Source: a virus (Duplodnaviria; Caudoviricetes). Taken from it: DNA of 64,000 nt. The DNA is taken from the IMG/VR virus record IMGVR_UViG_3300037484_000435, positions 1 to 64,000 of that record, one strand, 5' to 3'. The notes beneath the pieces are model-generated. The model made no database searches. It saw nothing but the letters and a program-made list of their open reading frames with translations, and had not been told where the DNA came from. The translations under genes and the position numbers were made by a program. Shown in pieces: positions 11,523-23,570 of the stretch; position 1 is the stretch's first letter; every line of letters begins with the position of its first letter.

Positions 11523-13464
11523 ACAAGGAGTAATATGGCGAATGATATAGTAAGAGGAAAAGGTTATGCCATCTACAGTAGCATACTCAACAAAGCCTTA
11601 AATTTTCTCATGAATGCTGTGCTGAAGTGCGTAATAACCGAATACAAAAGTTGGGACGCAGCTGTAGTTCTGAACATGCGAGTCACAGATAAAACTAGCA
11701 CGAGAAGAACCGCAAAAATAACTATTAAGGAAAGACCCTCTGTGAATTACTTATTGGAAGAACTCGACGCAGACACCACAGTCATTGATAGAGTTGACTT
11801 GAATTTAATTATGGAATCGGGTCAATTTGAAACCGTAATCCACAGCATAGAGGAGTTGGATGAGAAAAAATAATATGATGGAAGTAAGTAAGGTGACAAT
11901 CAAATGTGCGTGGTGCGGAAGAGTAATCCGTACCGTTGACAAAACTGATGGTGAGGAAACTTTAGTTTCGCACGGGATATGTAAAACTTGCTCCTCACTG
12001 GTTCTTTCTGGTATGTATGAATTAGAACCAGAGGCAGAAGCACAAGTACCTTGAGGTAACACGATGGGCGATTTAATAGATTTCATGGCTTATAAACGGA
12101 AGAGAGAAGCTCTCCCTAACTATAATGCTGAACTGGATCGTCTTTGGGTTGTCATAGTAATATGGACACCCTACAGAATCGCTCGTGAAAGACAAGTAAA
12201 CAGTAACTGGATGGATATGTTTTTCTATCCAGATGAGGATTGGTGAAATGTCAGAAATAAATTTAGAACAAACCGTTACAATACAAGAGTTGATTCAATT
12301 AGCTCAGTTACTCAAATCAGAGGACGAAGAGAATAAGGAATACGACCGTGGTTTGCTAGAACTCATTACGGACGCCTCGCGTATCTCACAGAACGACAGA
12401 ACGCTAGTCGCTAACCTGATAGGTATGCCTGACTATATACACCACAGATAGGCGAGCAGATGCCACACGAAAAAACAGTATATGAGTGTGAGTTCAATTA
12501 TTGTGGTCGTCGCTTTGACACGTTTGGAGAGTGTGAGTCACACGAGATAGAATGTTGTCAAAACCCAGCCACCCACATGTGTGAAACATGTAAGTGGGAG
12601 GACTGGTATTCCGATTATGTTTATGACCATACTAACTATATGGCCTCACATCGTTGTAGCCACCCAGATGCTAATAGTGGTCTATGCGGAGGCTTTGGTA
12701 ACAATTATATTGACGCACCCGCCTGTCCACACTGGGAAAGCAAAACACTGCGAGAATATTTGTATCTGGACGCCCGTAAAGCTGACTCTCGTGGTTATCT
12801 GTCTGAGTGGCAAAAAGAGCAAATAGATAGGTATGTGGATAAACACGTGGGGTCTACACATGGATAATAACTCAACCACAGGAGGCAAAATGATAAAAAT
12901 AGGTGGAAAATTTCCTGAAAGTGCAACTCCGCTTGACGCCTTAGAGCACGCCCGAGAATACGTATTTCTAAGTAGCATGCTGGGACCACATAATAATAGG
13001 CCTGGGTATATTATAGAGAAATTGAGTAAGGACCCCGATTTTGCTCGTATAATTTCTGAATTAACATCTGAGATGACGCAAAACGAAAGGCCTTTCTGGA
13101 AGAGGTAATTTAATGGGAACTTGGTTACAAGAAGCAATTGAAGTGTATGACCGCGAATACAAGACAGGACCGCACATGTTTAGTGTTAATGGTTGGAGAT
13201 GTCTTACAAAAGGCTTTCTGGATTATGTTGAAGATTTGGACCTAACCCAATATGTGGGAGAAAGCCACAAAGGAATAGACCAGCAACAACTCGATTCATT
13301 TGACACAATAGAAAGTTATTGCGAGGACCTAATAAAGGTAGTTCGCTTTCTCCGTAAGATACGCCCGCCCGATAAATACTATTATGGGCGTGTGAACGAG
13401 GACGAGCCGTGCCAAGAAATGCTTGACGCCTTAAACGCAGATTTAGGCACGTCCGAATAACGCA

Positions 13465-13558
13465 GGAGGGATGGTCGAGTCTGGCTAATGACGCACGCTT
13501 GGAAAGCGTGTAGAGGTGTAAAAGTCTCTCGGGAGTTCGAATCTCCCTCCCTCCGCCA
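13465..13558 (+). tRNA. trnS: tRNA-Ser(GGA)
   Basis: Acceptor GGAGGGA/TCCCTCC, CACGC-TTGGAAA-GCGTG, variable arm, TTCGAAT, CCA. Confidence 0.95.
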
Positions 13559-13668
13559 AAAATAAAGGAGATTAAGATGTTAGTAATAGAAGAGTTGGTC
13601 GCCCTCGTGATTGTTTTGACCGTAGTGGGGTTCGCTTCATATTTTGCTTACCTGAAGTGGAGGGGTAA

Positions 13669-14124
13669 ATGATTATTACTGGACTTTTACCTTTTGATAA
13701 ACTTATGCATCGTTTGTCTCAAAAGGACAACTTACCATGGATGGATGCAGAAGAAATTATCGGCATACATGATCTGATTGTAGAAAAATACGGAGGTCTT
13801 GCTGGAATAAGAGACGAGGGTTTACTTCATGCCTTGGGTGACTCCCCTCGGTCGCGATGCTACGACACATCATATGATGGCGGACACCTCAACATATACG
13901 ACTTTGCTTCCAACTATATGTATGATATTGCGGTGGGGCACCCGTTTAATGATGGCAACAAAAGGACAGCCGTAGCAGTAGCGTTGGAATTCATCTACCA
14001 ATGTGGAGTGTTCACCGAATTTGACACTGTTTTGTTGGAACAGTTGGTAAAACAATGTGCTAACTGGGTCTACAAGTATAAGAGGGATGATGTCAGGAAA
14101 AAATTCCTAGGCTGTAGAATCTAA
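13669..14124 (+). CDS. doc: Fic/Doc family protein (Doc-like)
   Basis: HPFNDGNKRTA catalytic motif; N-terminal H...I..YGG..GIRDEGLL. Confidence 0.85.
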   Translation: MIITGLLPFDKLMHRLSQKDNLPWMDAEEIIGIHDLIVEKYGGLAGIRDEGLLHALGDSPRSRCYDTSYDGGHLNIYDFASNYMYDIAVGHPFNDGNKRTAVAVALEFIYQCGVFTEFDTVLLEQLVKQCANWVYKYKRDDVRKKFLGCRI

Positions 14125-14333
14125 CCAAACAATCCCACCAATAGGATAGACAACATGGATATAAAAAAAATAGGCACAGTCCTCTTTTGGATTGTCGTTG
14201 TGGTTGTAGGCTTATGGGTCTTGGCCCAAATAAGTTGGCTAGTTGTTAAACTACTGATTCTCGCCGGAATAGTTGCGGGAATCATATACCTCGTCAAACG
14301 TTACCTTATGTAACGAAAAGAAAGGAACATATT

Positions 14334-15152
14334 ATGAGTGATATCGCGAACATTCAGAGCCTTTTTCAGTCCGCACAAGATGACCAAGTTATTACAACTT
14401 CGTCCGCGCAAATCCTAAACGTAAAAGACATCGGCAAGCAGATCGTTGCTGGTATGGGTATCAACGTGGGCCAAGCCATAGACGACGGAAAATTCTCGTC
14501 CATGGTGACGATTGTTAGTGTGCTCATGGATGACACGGGCTCGGTTGCTGGTCTGTCCAAGGAAATGCTTGAGGGGTACAATACGAGTATTGATGCCCAG
14601 ATGGAGACGAAACAGCGTGATTCCGTTGTATGGCATAGTAGAGCTCTCTCGGGTCAGATTTACACCCCATACGTTGAGCTAGCTAACGTTCCTAGGTTGA
14701 CCTTGGGTGTCTACGACCCCTCGCTGGGCCACACGCCCTTGTTCGACCAGACTAAGATTTTGTTGGGAACGGTAATTGCCAAAGCCCAAGAGTTTGCGGA
14801 CGAGGGCATCTCGTGCAGAACCATCACCCTGATCGTAACCGATGGTGATGACAACTCTTCGAGGAATACAGTGCCTAGCCAGATTGCGACGATCGTAAAG
14901 GACATGATAAGGCAGGAAAGGCACATCATTACTGGTATGGGAGTGGGTTCTGCGGGCTTCCGTAAGGTATTCCGTAGCATGGGCTTGGAGGACCAGTGGA
15001 TTCTTACCCCAAGCAGTGCCAAGCATGAAATGAGACAAGCATGGAACATGGTCTCGCAGAGCATGGTATCCGTATCTCAGGCGGCGAATTTGAGCCAAGT
15101 CTCTCAAACGGGCTTTGGTAGCCAAGTGGCGTTAGGAGCCTTCCAGTCCTAA
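14334..15152 (+). CDS. vWA domain protein (TerY-like)
   Basis: MIDAS-like SVLMDDTGS, TPLFD, LIVTDGDDNSS. Confidence 0.75.
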   Translation: MSDIANIQSLFQSAQDDQVITTSSAQILNVKDIGKQIVAGMGINVGQAIDDGKFSSMVTIVSVLMDDTGSVAGLSKEMLEGYNTSIDAQMETKQRDSVVWHSRALSGQIYTPYVELANVPRLTLGVYDPSLGHTPLFDQTKILLGTVIAKAQEFADEGISCRTITLIVTDGDDNSSRNTVPSQIATIVKDMIRQERHIITGMGVGSAGFRKVFRSMGLEDQWILTPSSAKHEMRQAWNMVSQSMVSVSQAANLSQVSQTGFGSQVALGAFQS

Positions 15153-15160
15153 ACTATTCT

Positions 15161-15184
15161 GGAGAGGGCGGAGACGCCCTCTCC
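15161..15184 (+). promoter_or_regulatory. Perfect 10-bp GNRA hairpin between the vWA and PP2C genes
   Basis: GGAGAGGGCG-GAGA-CGCCCTCTCC with no U-tract; stabiliser or processing hairpin rather than a clear terminator. Confidence 0.5.
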
Positions 15185-15197
15185 TCAAGGAAAATAA

Positions 15198-16013
15198 ATG
15201 GAACAATTTAAGTTCACTGACGCGTCTATTATAGGAACTATGCATGACCAAATGGGCCGAAACAACCAAGATTACGGTACCGCTATCGTAGATGAAAAGT
15301 TTGCAGTGGGGGCAGTGTGTGATGGGTGTGGGTCTACTATGACTAGTGAGGTCGGGGCCACCCTGTGTGGCCAAATGGTTGCGGAGTTCTTGGCGGTTCA
15401 GATGCGGGTTGAAGCATATGACTTATCAGACGAAAAACGCGTTGATGCCCTCATGTATAGAGTCTACAGTTTTATACGAGATTCTATCTCCAAAATTGTG
15501 GGCACCATACAGTTTTCTGAAGATACATATCTGAAGTTAATCCAAAATAACTTCTTGTTTACATTGGTGGGTTTCGTAATGGACAAAGAGCATACAGTGG
15601 TATTCTCCATAGGTGATGGGTATATCCGTGTTAATGATGAAGTCCTCTCCATAAAGGAACCAGACAACATGCCCACGTATCTGGCCTACTCCCTCACTCC
15701 TGAGCGAGATAAATGGGAGACTGAACCTAAGATTCGTTTTCGATTACCAACCGACCAACTGAAGTCTCTTATTATAGCGACTGATGGAATGGATGATTTC
15801 GTTAGATGTGCAGGAGTACCATTTCCAGGAAAGATTCAAGAGTATGTGCCTTCACTAGAGGATATACTGGTGAATGACTCCTACTTTACGGCCCCCGCCA
15901 AGCTACAGAGGTTACTAGCAAAAATGAACCCAATAACGCGTCCGTCAGTACGTTCCCATGGATTGCTCAAAGACGACACAACCATCATTATGGCTAGGAG
16001 ATTCGATGAGTAA
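15198..16013 (+). CDS. PP2C-family protein phosphatase (PP2C_2-like)
   Basis: G..H......NQD, AVCDGCGS, IIATDGM, DDTT metal-binding motifs. Confidence 0.85.
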   Translation: MEQFKFTDASIIGTMHDQMGRNNQDYGTAIVDEKFAVGAVCDGCGSTMTSEVGATLCGQMVAEFLAVQMRVEAYDLSDEKRVDALMYRVYSFIRDSISKIVGTIQFSEDTYLKLIQNNFLFTLVGFVMDKEHTVVFSIGDGYIRVNDEVLSIKEPDNMPTYLAYSLTPERDKWETEPKIRFRLPTDQLKSLIIATDGMDDFVRCAGVPFPGKIQEYVPSLEDILVNDSYFTAPAKLQRLLAKMNPITRPSVRSHGLLKDDTTIIMARRFDE

Positions 16014-17188
16014 AAAACCTATACCTGAGGAACTGGTGGAAGCAGTTAGGAATTGGATGGGGAGGGGCGGAATAGAGTTTTTCACTTCTTGTCATGAAGA
16101 ATACGGAACGGTTAGCCCTGTCTACATGGACCCAAACTGCTTATACCCCATATTACCACATTCTGTGCATTTTAATGAGGGTATGCAAGTTAGGAACTTC
16201 ATGCGTACTACGGAATATTGCACAGATTGGAATTCCCACGATCTCGATGATAACTGGGAAGAAGTGATTGAACGAGCAATAGGGGTGAAATGATGTATTT
16301 AGATATGAGCAGAAAAGAGGAAATATTTGAGGAACTCAAGGGAAAAGTGGTCCAAGAAGTCTACCTATCTGCTTGTCTGGACCTACTCAAACTGGTATTT
16401 ACTGATGGTAGTATTATGTCAATAGACGCACATATACCTAGATACGAAACTCTAGCGGAGCTGGATATAGAGTTAACCACTAAAGAATCGGAGTAAAAAA
16501 TGGCCATGTTGACTATTGAGCATATAAAGAGAGATGTCCTCTCTCTTAAACGAGATATTTATCTAACGGCTAACGAAGCGTGGGCCCTAGTGGACATAAC
16601 GAACACACACAAACTCGCAGATTTTCGCAAAGTAGTCTGGGGTGTAAGTATTAGCAAAGATTCTGTTCGTGACGCCGTTTTACGCAAACTCTCCGCACGA
16701 GAATATGTAACGGGAAACATAGTTCGTGGTAAAATCCTTTGGGATATCACGCCCTTAGGTTCCAAAATAGTGGTTGCTATAGATGAGCTCTTAAATACCG
16801 TAAATCAGGAAATAGAGAGCAAGAAGCAATCTTTCGCCAAATCCGATTTTGATGAAAAAGTTCGGAACAACTACTACGATATCGACAACAATACTGCAAA
16901 TGAATTTAAAACCGATCTGCTTGCTGATTTTGGTGTCGTAGGTAATCCAAAAGCAGATAAAGCCTTTAACCTTGCTTGGGAATATGGCCATAGTTCAGGA
17001 TATTACGAAGTTGTTAATTACTTTCACGATTTGGTTGATCTGATAAAATAATATTAAGGAAAACCAGTAAAATCCTATCCTAAGCTTTTTTGGCGTTCCG
17101 AAAAAAAATTTCAGGATTAGCCGTTTTGACGAAAAAGTTCGATTTTTGAGAATTTGAATCTAAATAACACTAGGAGGTTCTATCCAGT

Positions 17189-17590
17189 TTGAAAACCTAT
17201 TTTATCTCGGGCCATCGCAACGTAACACCAGAAGAGTTCGAGAAGCATTACGCTGGGAGAATACGAGAGGCCGTTAAGTCGGGGGCGGTGTTCGTTGTAG
17301 GAGATTACTACGGAGTGGACACGATGGCTCAACAACTGTTGAAAGACTTAGATGCTGAACACGTAACTGTGTATCACATGTTTGATTTGCCCAGAAATAA
17401 TGTGGGGTGCTTTCCCATGTCTGGTGGATTTACCAGCGATGTGGCCCGCGATGAGGCCATGACTCGTATCTCAGATGAAGACATCTTGTGGGTTAGGCCC
17501 GAAGTAAAGCAGGATGTTTGTGGAAAACTGAGCGGTACTGAAGAAAACGAAATAAGGAGACAAAAATGCATCACAAAATCGTCGGAATAA
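17189..17590 (+). CDS. SLOG/YspA-like nucleotide-binding protein
   Basis: FISGHRN ... VVGDYYGVDTMAQ ... RDEAM pattern; TTG start after AGGAGG. Confidence 0.55.
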   Translation: MKTYFISGHRNVTPEEFEKHYAGRIREAVKSGAVFVVGDYYGVDTMAQQLLKDLDAEHVTVYHMFDLPRNNVGCFPMSGGFTSDVARDEAMTRISDEDILWVRPEVKQDVCGKLSGTEENEIRRQKCITKSSE

Positions 17591-17757
17591 TATTGTCCAC
17601 TACAGAAAGTGGGACGGAAGAAGCCAGAGTTTCTCTTGCAGACGGATCGTCCTTGGAAATTCTGGTCTATGATGAAAAGGTTTCGGGGGAATTGGACCTT
17701 TCAATTACCTTGAGAGATAAAAAGGGTGTTGGTAAACGTCTGGAATAGGAGACATAA

Positions 17758-19620
17758 ATGGACATTTCTGTGCGGGGGAAGTTAATCAAATTAACCCCCA
17801 CAGATGCAATCGGTAAGGGCGGGGAGGCAGATATATACCAACTAGGCCCGAACCTAGTTGCAAAAATATTCAAAACACCTACTCACCCAGATTTAAACGG
17901 AAACACTTTTGCTCAACAGGCCGCTAAAGAAAGACTGAATGAGCACCAACAAAAACTACCTCAGTTTCCTAAAGGTTTACCCACAAACGTGATTGCTCCT
18001 GTAGAGTTAGTAACGGAGCCTAAAAATGCAACACGTATTATGGGTTATACCATGCCTTTCGTGGATAACGCTGAGGTTATTTTGCGATACGGGGAAAAGG
18101 GATTCAGACAAAATGGAATCCCGAACAGCTTCATAACAGGATTGTTTAAGTCTCTTCACGGATACGTGGGGCAACTGCACAGCAAACTCATAGTGATAGG
18201 GGATTTCAATGACTTAAATGTTTTAATAAAAGGGGACCAAATCTACATCATTGACGCAGACTCCATGCAGTTTGGACCCTACCTTTGTAAAACATACACC
18301 CCTACATTTGTGGACCCACGTTTGTGTGACCCCAACCAAAACTCTCCTATTATGATTTTTCCTCACAATGAAGACTCGGATTGGTTTGCGTTCAACGCCA
18401 TGCTATTTAAGACGTGGCTGTTTGTTGCACCGTACGGGGGAATCTATCGACCGAAGGGCCCAAAGAATATTATTGAAAATAGGAGACCCTTAGAGAGGAT
18501 ATCAGTATTCAATCCCGATGTTAAGTATCCTCGCCCCGCGATTCCTCTATCCGCATTAAATGATGAACTGAAACATCATTTCGTACAAGTATTCGAGAAG
18601 GACCAACGGGGGGAATTCCCGTTTAAGTTACTAGACAAAACAGCTTGGCAAGAATGCCCATCATGTCACGCCCAGCATTGTTGTGTAGTGTGTCCCTTCT
18701 GCAAGACGATGGTTCCCAAGAAGAGAGTCGTGATTCAAGTTAAAGGTACAGTTACTGCGGAAGCTATCTTTGACACACCAGGAGTAATACTTGCCGCGTC
18801 TTTCCAAGGTAACGTTCTACGATGGCTCTATCACGAGGATGGACACTTCAAGAGAGAAAACGGAAGGAAGATACTCGCTGGTAACCTAGACCCTCTAATG
18901 CGGTTCCGTATATGTGGAGAGAGGACAGCTATAGGCTTCGGGACCAAGGTTGTGTGTGATGGGGAACAAAAATCAGTAGATACGTTTGGTGGTAACCTCC
19001 CGATGTTTGACACCAACTCCAAACACATGTTTTGGCTTACTGGTGGACGTTTGCTCCGCGAAGATAAACTAGCCCCGATGTTTATTGGGGACGTTCTTAG
19101 AGGCCAAACCTTGTTTTGGGTTGGCGAGACCTTCGGAATGGGTTTCTCCCGTGCTGGTGAGATTGACCTCACTTTTACATTCCACGTAGACCGGAAGGGA
19201 ATAAACCATTTTGTCAAACTACCTTTCAAGATACATGGTCAACTGATAGATTCAACCTGTTTGTTTACGGACAGACTCGCGTGGTTTGGTGCGGTGTATA
19301 GGCATGGCGGACAAACCGATATATCATGGGCTGTTTTGGATAAAAGCGGTACAGTGTTGGCCCATAAGACCGCACCTTACAAGAGCACGATCTGGCTAAA
19401 CCACCTACGTGGAAAAGCACCCGTCGGTAACGTAGTGTTTGTCGCTACAGATGACGGGATGATACGAACGACATTTGATAAAAGTAATGGGGAAATATTC
19501 CAAGAGAGGGAGTTTCCTGATACAGAACCTTTCATAGATAGTAGCACTAATCTTATACCTAGCAATACAGGACTATATGCTGTATCAGCAAAGGAAATCA
19601 AACTGATTAAAGCTACATAA
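17758..19620 (+). CDS. Ser/Thr protein kinase-like protein with Zn ribbon and C-terminal domain
   Basis: IGKGGEADIY, VAKIF, IGDFNDLNVL, IIDADS, SDWFAF; CPSC..HC..VCPFC. Confidence 0.85.
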   Translation: MDISVRGKLIKLTPTDAIGKGGEADIYQLGPNLVAKIFKTPTHPDLNGNTFAQQAAKERLNEHQQKLPQFPKGLPTNVIAPVELVTEPKNATRIMGYTMPFVDNAEVILRYGEKGFRQNGIPNSFITGLFKSLHGYVGQLHSKLIVIGDFNDLNVLIKGDQIYIIDADSMQFGPYLCKTYTPTFVDPRLCDPNQNSPIMIFPHNEDSDWFAFNAMLFKTWLFVAPYGGIYRPKGPKNIIENRRPLERISVFNPDVKYPRPAIPLSALNDELKHHFVQVFEKDQRGEFPFKLLDKTAWQECPSCHAQHCCVVCPFCKTMVPKKRVVIQVKGTVTAEAIFDTPGVILAASFQGNVLRWLYHEDGHFKRENGRKILAGNLDPLMRFRICGERTAIGFGTKVVCDGEQKSVDTFGGNLPMFDTNSKHMFWLTGGRLLREDKLAPMFIGDVLRGQTLFWVGETFGMGFSRAGEIDLTFTFHVDRKGINHFVKLPFKIHGQLIDSTCLFTDRLAWFGAVYRHGGQTDISWAVLDKSGTVLAHKTAPYKSTIWLNHLRGKAPVGNVVFVATDDGMIRTTFDKSNGEIFQEREFPDTEPFIDSSTNLIPSNTGLYAVSAKEIKLIKAT

Positions 19621-19667
19621 TAAGTAACTGCCCTCTGGGGCCAAAGATGTAAGAAAGGAAATAAATA

Positions 19668-20732
19668 ATGCCTCTTCCCAGTTTTTACAATCCCAACAAT
19701 CTCGACGAGATTAGACTGATTGACAAGATGGCGGTCCACGAAGCAGCAATTGAGTGGGCCAAGTACAACAAAATTAAACCTTCGGCATCGGATCGCGTGC
19801 GTGTTGCAATGTTGCTGATAGACATGCAGATTGACTTCTGTAATCCTAGGGGGAGTCTTTTCGTTGGTGGTCGCAGTGGTCGTGGGGCTGTGGATGACAC
19901 TGGTAGATTGTGTGTATTCGGGTATCACAACTTACCAGATATCACGGATTGGTTTACTACCTTGGACACCCATACCATATGGCAATTGTTTCACATGATA
20001 AGTTGGATTAACGACCGTGGAGAACACCCCGCCCCAGGTACAATTATCACGGAAGATGATGTGCTCAAAGGTGTGTGGAAGATGACGCCTGCTTTGGCCA
20101 AGATTGTAGGCGGAAATGTGAACTGGTTGGCTAAGTATGCCGCCCATTACACCGGTAGCCTAGCCAAAGGTCAGAAGTACGCTTTGATGATTTGGCCTTA
20201 CCACACGTTGCTGGGAGAAGTAGGCCACGCTTTGATGCCTCACGTATCTGAGTTGATGTTGTTCCACAGTATCGCCCGCGGTACTCAGACGAGCTTCGAA
20301 ATCAAGGGTGGAAATCCTTTGACGGAAAACTACTCGATACTTAGACCTGAAGTTACGGAATCCCACGAGTTTAGGGACCAGAGCGGTGTCTTGACGAAGA
20401 TTCCTGTAGGAGAACTCAACGTCAACCTGTTCAACACTCTGATGGATTACGACGTGATTGGTTGTGCGGGTGAGGCTGGAAGCCACTGCTGGGCTTGGAC
20501 TGTTCAGGACCTTCTGGACTTAATTTTGGCTCAGGCACCTGAGCTAGCTAAGAAGGTTCACTTGATTGAAGACTTGACTTCTCCTGTTGTGATACCAGGT
20601 GTTGTTGACTTCACTGATGCTCAAGCAGAAGCTATCAAGAAGTTCAAAGATGCTGGTATGAACGTGGTTAGGTCTACTACTCCAGTAAGAGAATGGCCTG
20701 GATATCAAGAAGCCTTGAAGCGTGTCGCGTAA
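19668..20732 (+). CDS. Isochorismatase/nicotinamidase-like cysteine hydrolase
   Basis: LLIDMQIDFC, TLDTH, WPYH, KGGNPLTENYS, AGEAGSHC. Confidence 0.8.
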   Translation: MPLPSFYNPNNLDEIRLIDKMAVHEAAIEWAKYNKIKPSASDRVRVAMLLIDMQIDFCNPRGSLFVGGRSGRGAVDDTGRLCVFGYHNLPDITDWFTTLDTHTIWQLFHMISWINDRGEHPAPGTIITEDDVLKGVWKMTPALAKIVGGNVNWLAKYAAHYTGSLAKGQKYALMIWPYHTLLGEVGHALMPHVSELMLFHSIARGTQTSFEIKGGNPLTENYSILRPEVTESHEFRDQSGVLTKIPVGELNVNLFNTLMDYDVIGCAGEAGSHCWAWTVQDLLDLILAQAPELAKKVHLIEDLTSPVVIPGVVDFTDAQAEAIKKFKDAGMNVVRSTTPVREWPGYQEALKRVA

Positions 20733-21289
20733 CGCATGCGCGTTTATATTTAAGATAAGAAGGTATATACCTGTGCGGGTTCGCCCGCATGGGTATAATA
20801 AAGGAGACCTATGTTTAAAACGGAATATAGTTTGTCACACAATATGACAGAGGATTGGGGAGTCGGAGTTAATGAGATAACTTTTGGTGGGACTGGTGGT
20901 TCTGGCTATGGTCAGAATTGTGGTAGTCTACTTGAAGCACTTGAATTTATTGTAAATAACGAGAGGAGTCTAGTTGAGCAAGGAAGAAAAGCTCCCTCAG
21001 ATATTTGCCTATCTATTCAGACTCCCAATTCTAGTTTACGTCTCAATGATAATGATGATGCACGGAAGGAAGCTTTCCAACGTGGCTTGGAAAGGTCTGG
21101 GACAAAGAGTGCTTAAGGAACTTATCACCCTCTGGGGTGTCTAAGGAAAGGTAATCAATGAATCCTGTTTACAGATGGATCGTGGGTCCTGTTGGCTATG
21201 TGGTTGCTATGTCTTGGGCATTCGGCCTTAGCCAAGCAATGTGGCCTGCCTCATTAGCAGTTGGTCTTTGGATTCTTTTAACACATTAA

Positions 21290-21364
21290 GGGCGAGTAAC
21301 TCAGCGGTAGAGTGCTTCGGTGACATCGAAGAAGTCGGAGGATCGTTCCCTCTCTCGCCTACCA
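21290..21364 (+). tRNA. trnV: tRNA-Val(GAC), atypical T-loop
   Basis: Acceptor GGGCGAG/CTCGCCT, CTTCG-GTGACAT-CGAAG, T-loop ATCGTTC, ACCA. Confidence 0.85.
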
Positions 21365-21366
21365 AC

Positions 21367-21443
21367 AGCCCCGTAGCTCAGCCTGGGAGAGCAGGACCCT
21401 TACAAGGTCAAGGTCATCCGTTCAAACCGGATCGGGGCTACAA
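21367..21443 (+). tRNA. trnV: tRNA-Val(TAC)
   Basis: Acceptor AGCCCCG/CGGGGCT, loop CTTACAA, TTCAAAC T-loop; no encoded CCA. Confidence 0.9.
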
Positions 21444-21452
21444 GAGGAGAAA

Positions 21453-21920
21453 ATGACAAAATATCAATGCACAGAATGGCAACCCCTTAGAGTCACTGCT
21501 ATACAGGGATTCTTTGGCGGATACAGTTTCATGTCCAACTTCTATCCTTCACAGATAGTTTACGAGGGAATCACTTATCCCACCGTTGAACACGCATTCC
21601 AAGCAGTAAAAACTCACGATGAGACGTTGAGAATGTGGATTGCTAGTCGTAAGACTGCTAAAGAGGCTAAGAGTGAAGGCCAATCAGTACAACTCAGAAG
21701 TGATTGGGAAGCCGTAAAATACAAAATCATGCAGGACTTAGTTGCCCTTAAGTTCAAAACTCATGCGGGCTTAAGACAAAAATTACTTGACACTGGGGAT
21801 AAGTACTTGGAAGAAACCAATACATGGGGCGACACCTGCTGGGGCGTATGCCGAGGCAAAGGAACAAATTGGCTGGGCAAAATACTCATGGAAGTAAGAG
21901 AATCTCTACGAAAGGATTAG
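21453..21920 (+). CDS. NADAR (YbiA/RibX-like) hydrolase
   Basis: SNFYPS, YPTVEHAFQA.K, KF.....LRQKLLDTG, D..WG...GKG.N.LG.ILMEVR. Confidence 0.9.
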   Translation: MTKYQCTEWQPLRVTAIQGFFGGYSFMSNFYPSQIVYEGITYPTVEHAFQAVKTHDETLRMWIASRKTAKEAKSEGQSVQLRSDWEAVKYKIMQDLVALKFKTHAGLRQKLLDTGDKYLEETNTWGDTCWGVCRGKGTNWLGKILMEVRESLRKD

Positions 21921-23570
21921 ACATGACTATAGGTATCGCGATGGCTGAGACTATGAAGGGGACAGTCGCACAGAAAGAACTGTCCTTAGAATTATCAATC
22001 TTCATTGCAGACCTCGATGCTTTTTTGGTTGACCCAGAACACAAAGGTATAATCGAAACTGGGGCTAGGTTGTGGTATGGAAATGAAAACTATTTTTCAG
22101 CGGACCCTGGTGAGTTTCGTCTCTTCAACTATGGCGAAGACAAAGTAAAACACCTCGAATACAAAATGGATTTTGGTAAATACCAACTGCACGGCATCAA
22201 AAATATTCAAGATAACCCCGGCACAGATATGATGAAGGACATTACCACGTTGTACACAACTTTGACAGTTGTCGATACAAAAGAAGAGCTACAAGGCACT
22301 ATCTATTTTGACCCACGGGACTTCGCAGACCTCATTTTGGACTCTATTGAAGTGCTCGGTACCTATAGTCTCATTGAAAGAGTGAAAGCACATTACAAGT
22401 TTCTTCACTTTTGCTTTGGGGAAATGGCTAAGGAATACATCTTAAAAAAGATGGACAATCTATTTGGGAAATAAATATGGAAATTAAACCAGAGATAGTT
22501 GAGTTAGTCCGTTTTACCAGCAGCAGCAAAGCCTTGTGGGTAATAGATAATATCTGGATGGTTGAGTTACAATTAGACTTGGAAGATGACATCGACGGCG
22601 AAGGTTGTAGAAGGGCTCAGCAACGCTTTTTCAACTGGGATGGGGCGATGGATGAATTTGCCAGATTGGAAACCGAGGAAATGATTTTCTGGGAATTTGG
22701 TATTGACTCCCCTCCCTATCAGGACTATGTAGCAAGGTATTATGCAAATCCATCCCAATTAGGTGGAGTAGCAGTGGTAAAGACCTATGACTAAGTAAGG
22801 AAAGGAGACACTACCATTGGGAAGACATCTGAAAACTATGAATACTGGCGGGAACACAACCTAGCCTGCATGTCATTTGAAACAGGTACTATGGTCCCAT
22901 GGATTACTTTTCACAATCAAACAGGGAACATTACTTACTACAATACAAAAACACGGAAGTGGTTGATTGCATGGAGGGGGATACCTAATATGGATGAAGG
23001 ATTTAATCCGGGTATAACTGTGTATCTATCCCACATCCTCCCCGTATTTCCAGAGAATGACATCTGGATTGACTGGTTTCAACCTTGAAGAGAAAAGAAA
23101 TAAAATGACCAAATGGAAATGTTTACGAGTGGGTGTTGATATAACTACAGAAGAGTTCCACAAAGAAATAACCAAGGACCCTTACTTCAGTTTATCAACA
23201 CCCGAAAAAATAGAAGAATTTAAAAATCACCCTAAAGGTTGGGACTTTGGTGTTGGTGACCCCGCCCCGCCTCCCGTAGCTGACGAAGCTCTGACTCTGC
23301 ATGAGTTTGGTGTAGGTCTGGGCTTGAAAACGGATGCGTGTCCTTGTACAGATGGGGGCATCGCGGTAACGTTTTACCATGTTGGGAGTGACGAGTCTGT
23401 GGAGGTTACAGTTAATACAAACTTAACGTATGACCTACTACACGAAAAAGGTATCGGGTGGAATTACGATATTCTAATGGAAGCGGAAGACTTTGCTCTA
23501 ACAACCATCAAGGATTACATAAAAGCATGGGTACCTTTACCCCCGTTAAAGGAAGGAGATGTTGTAAAAG

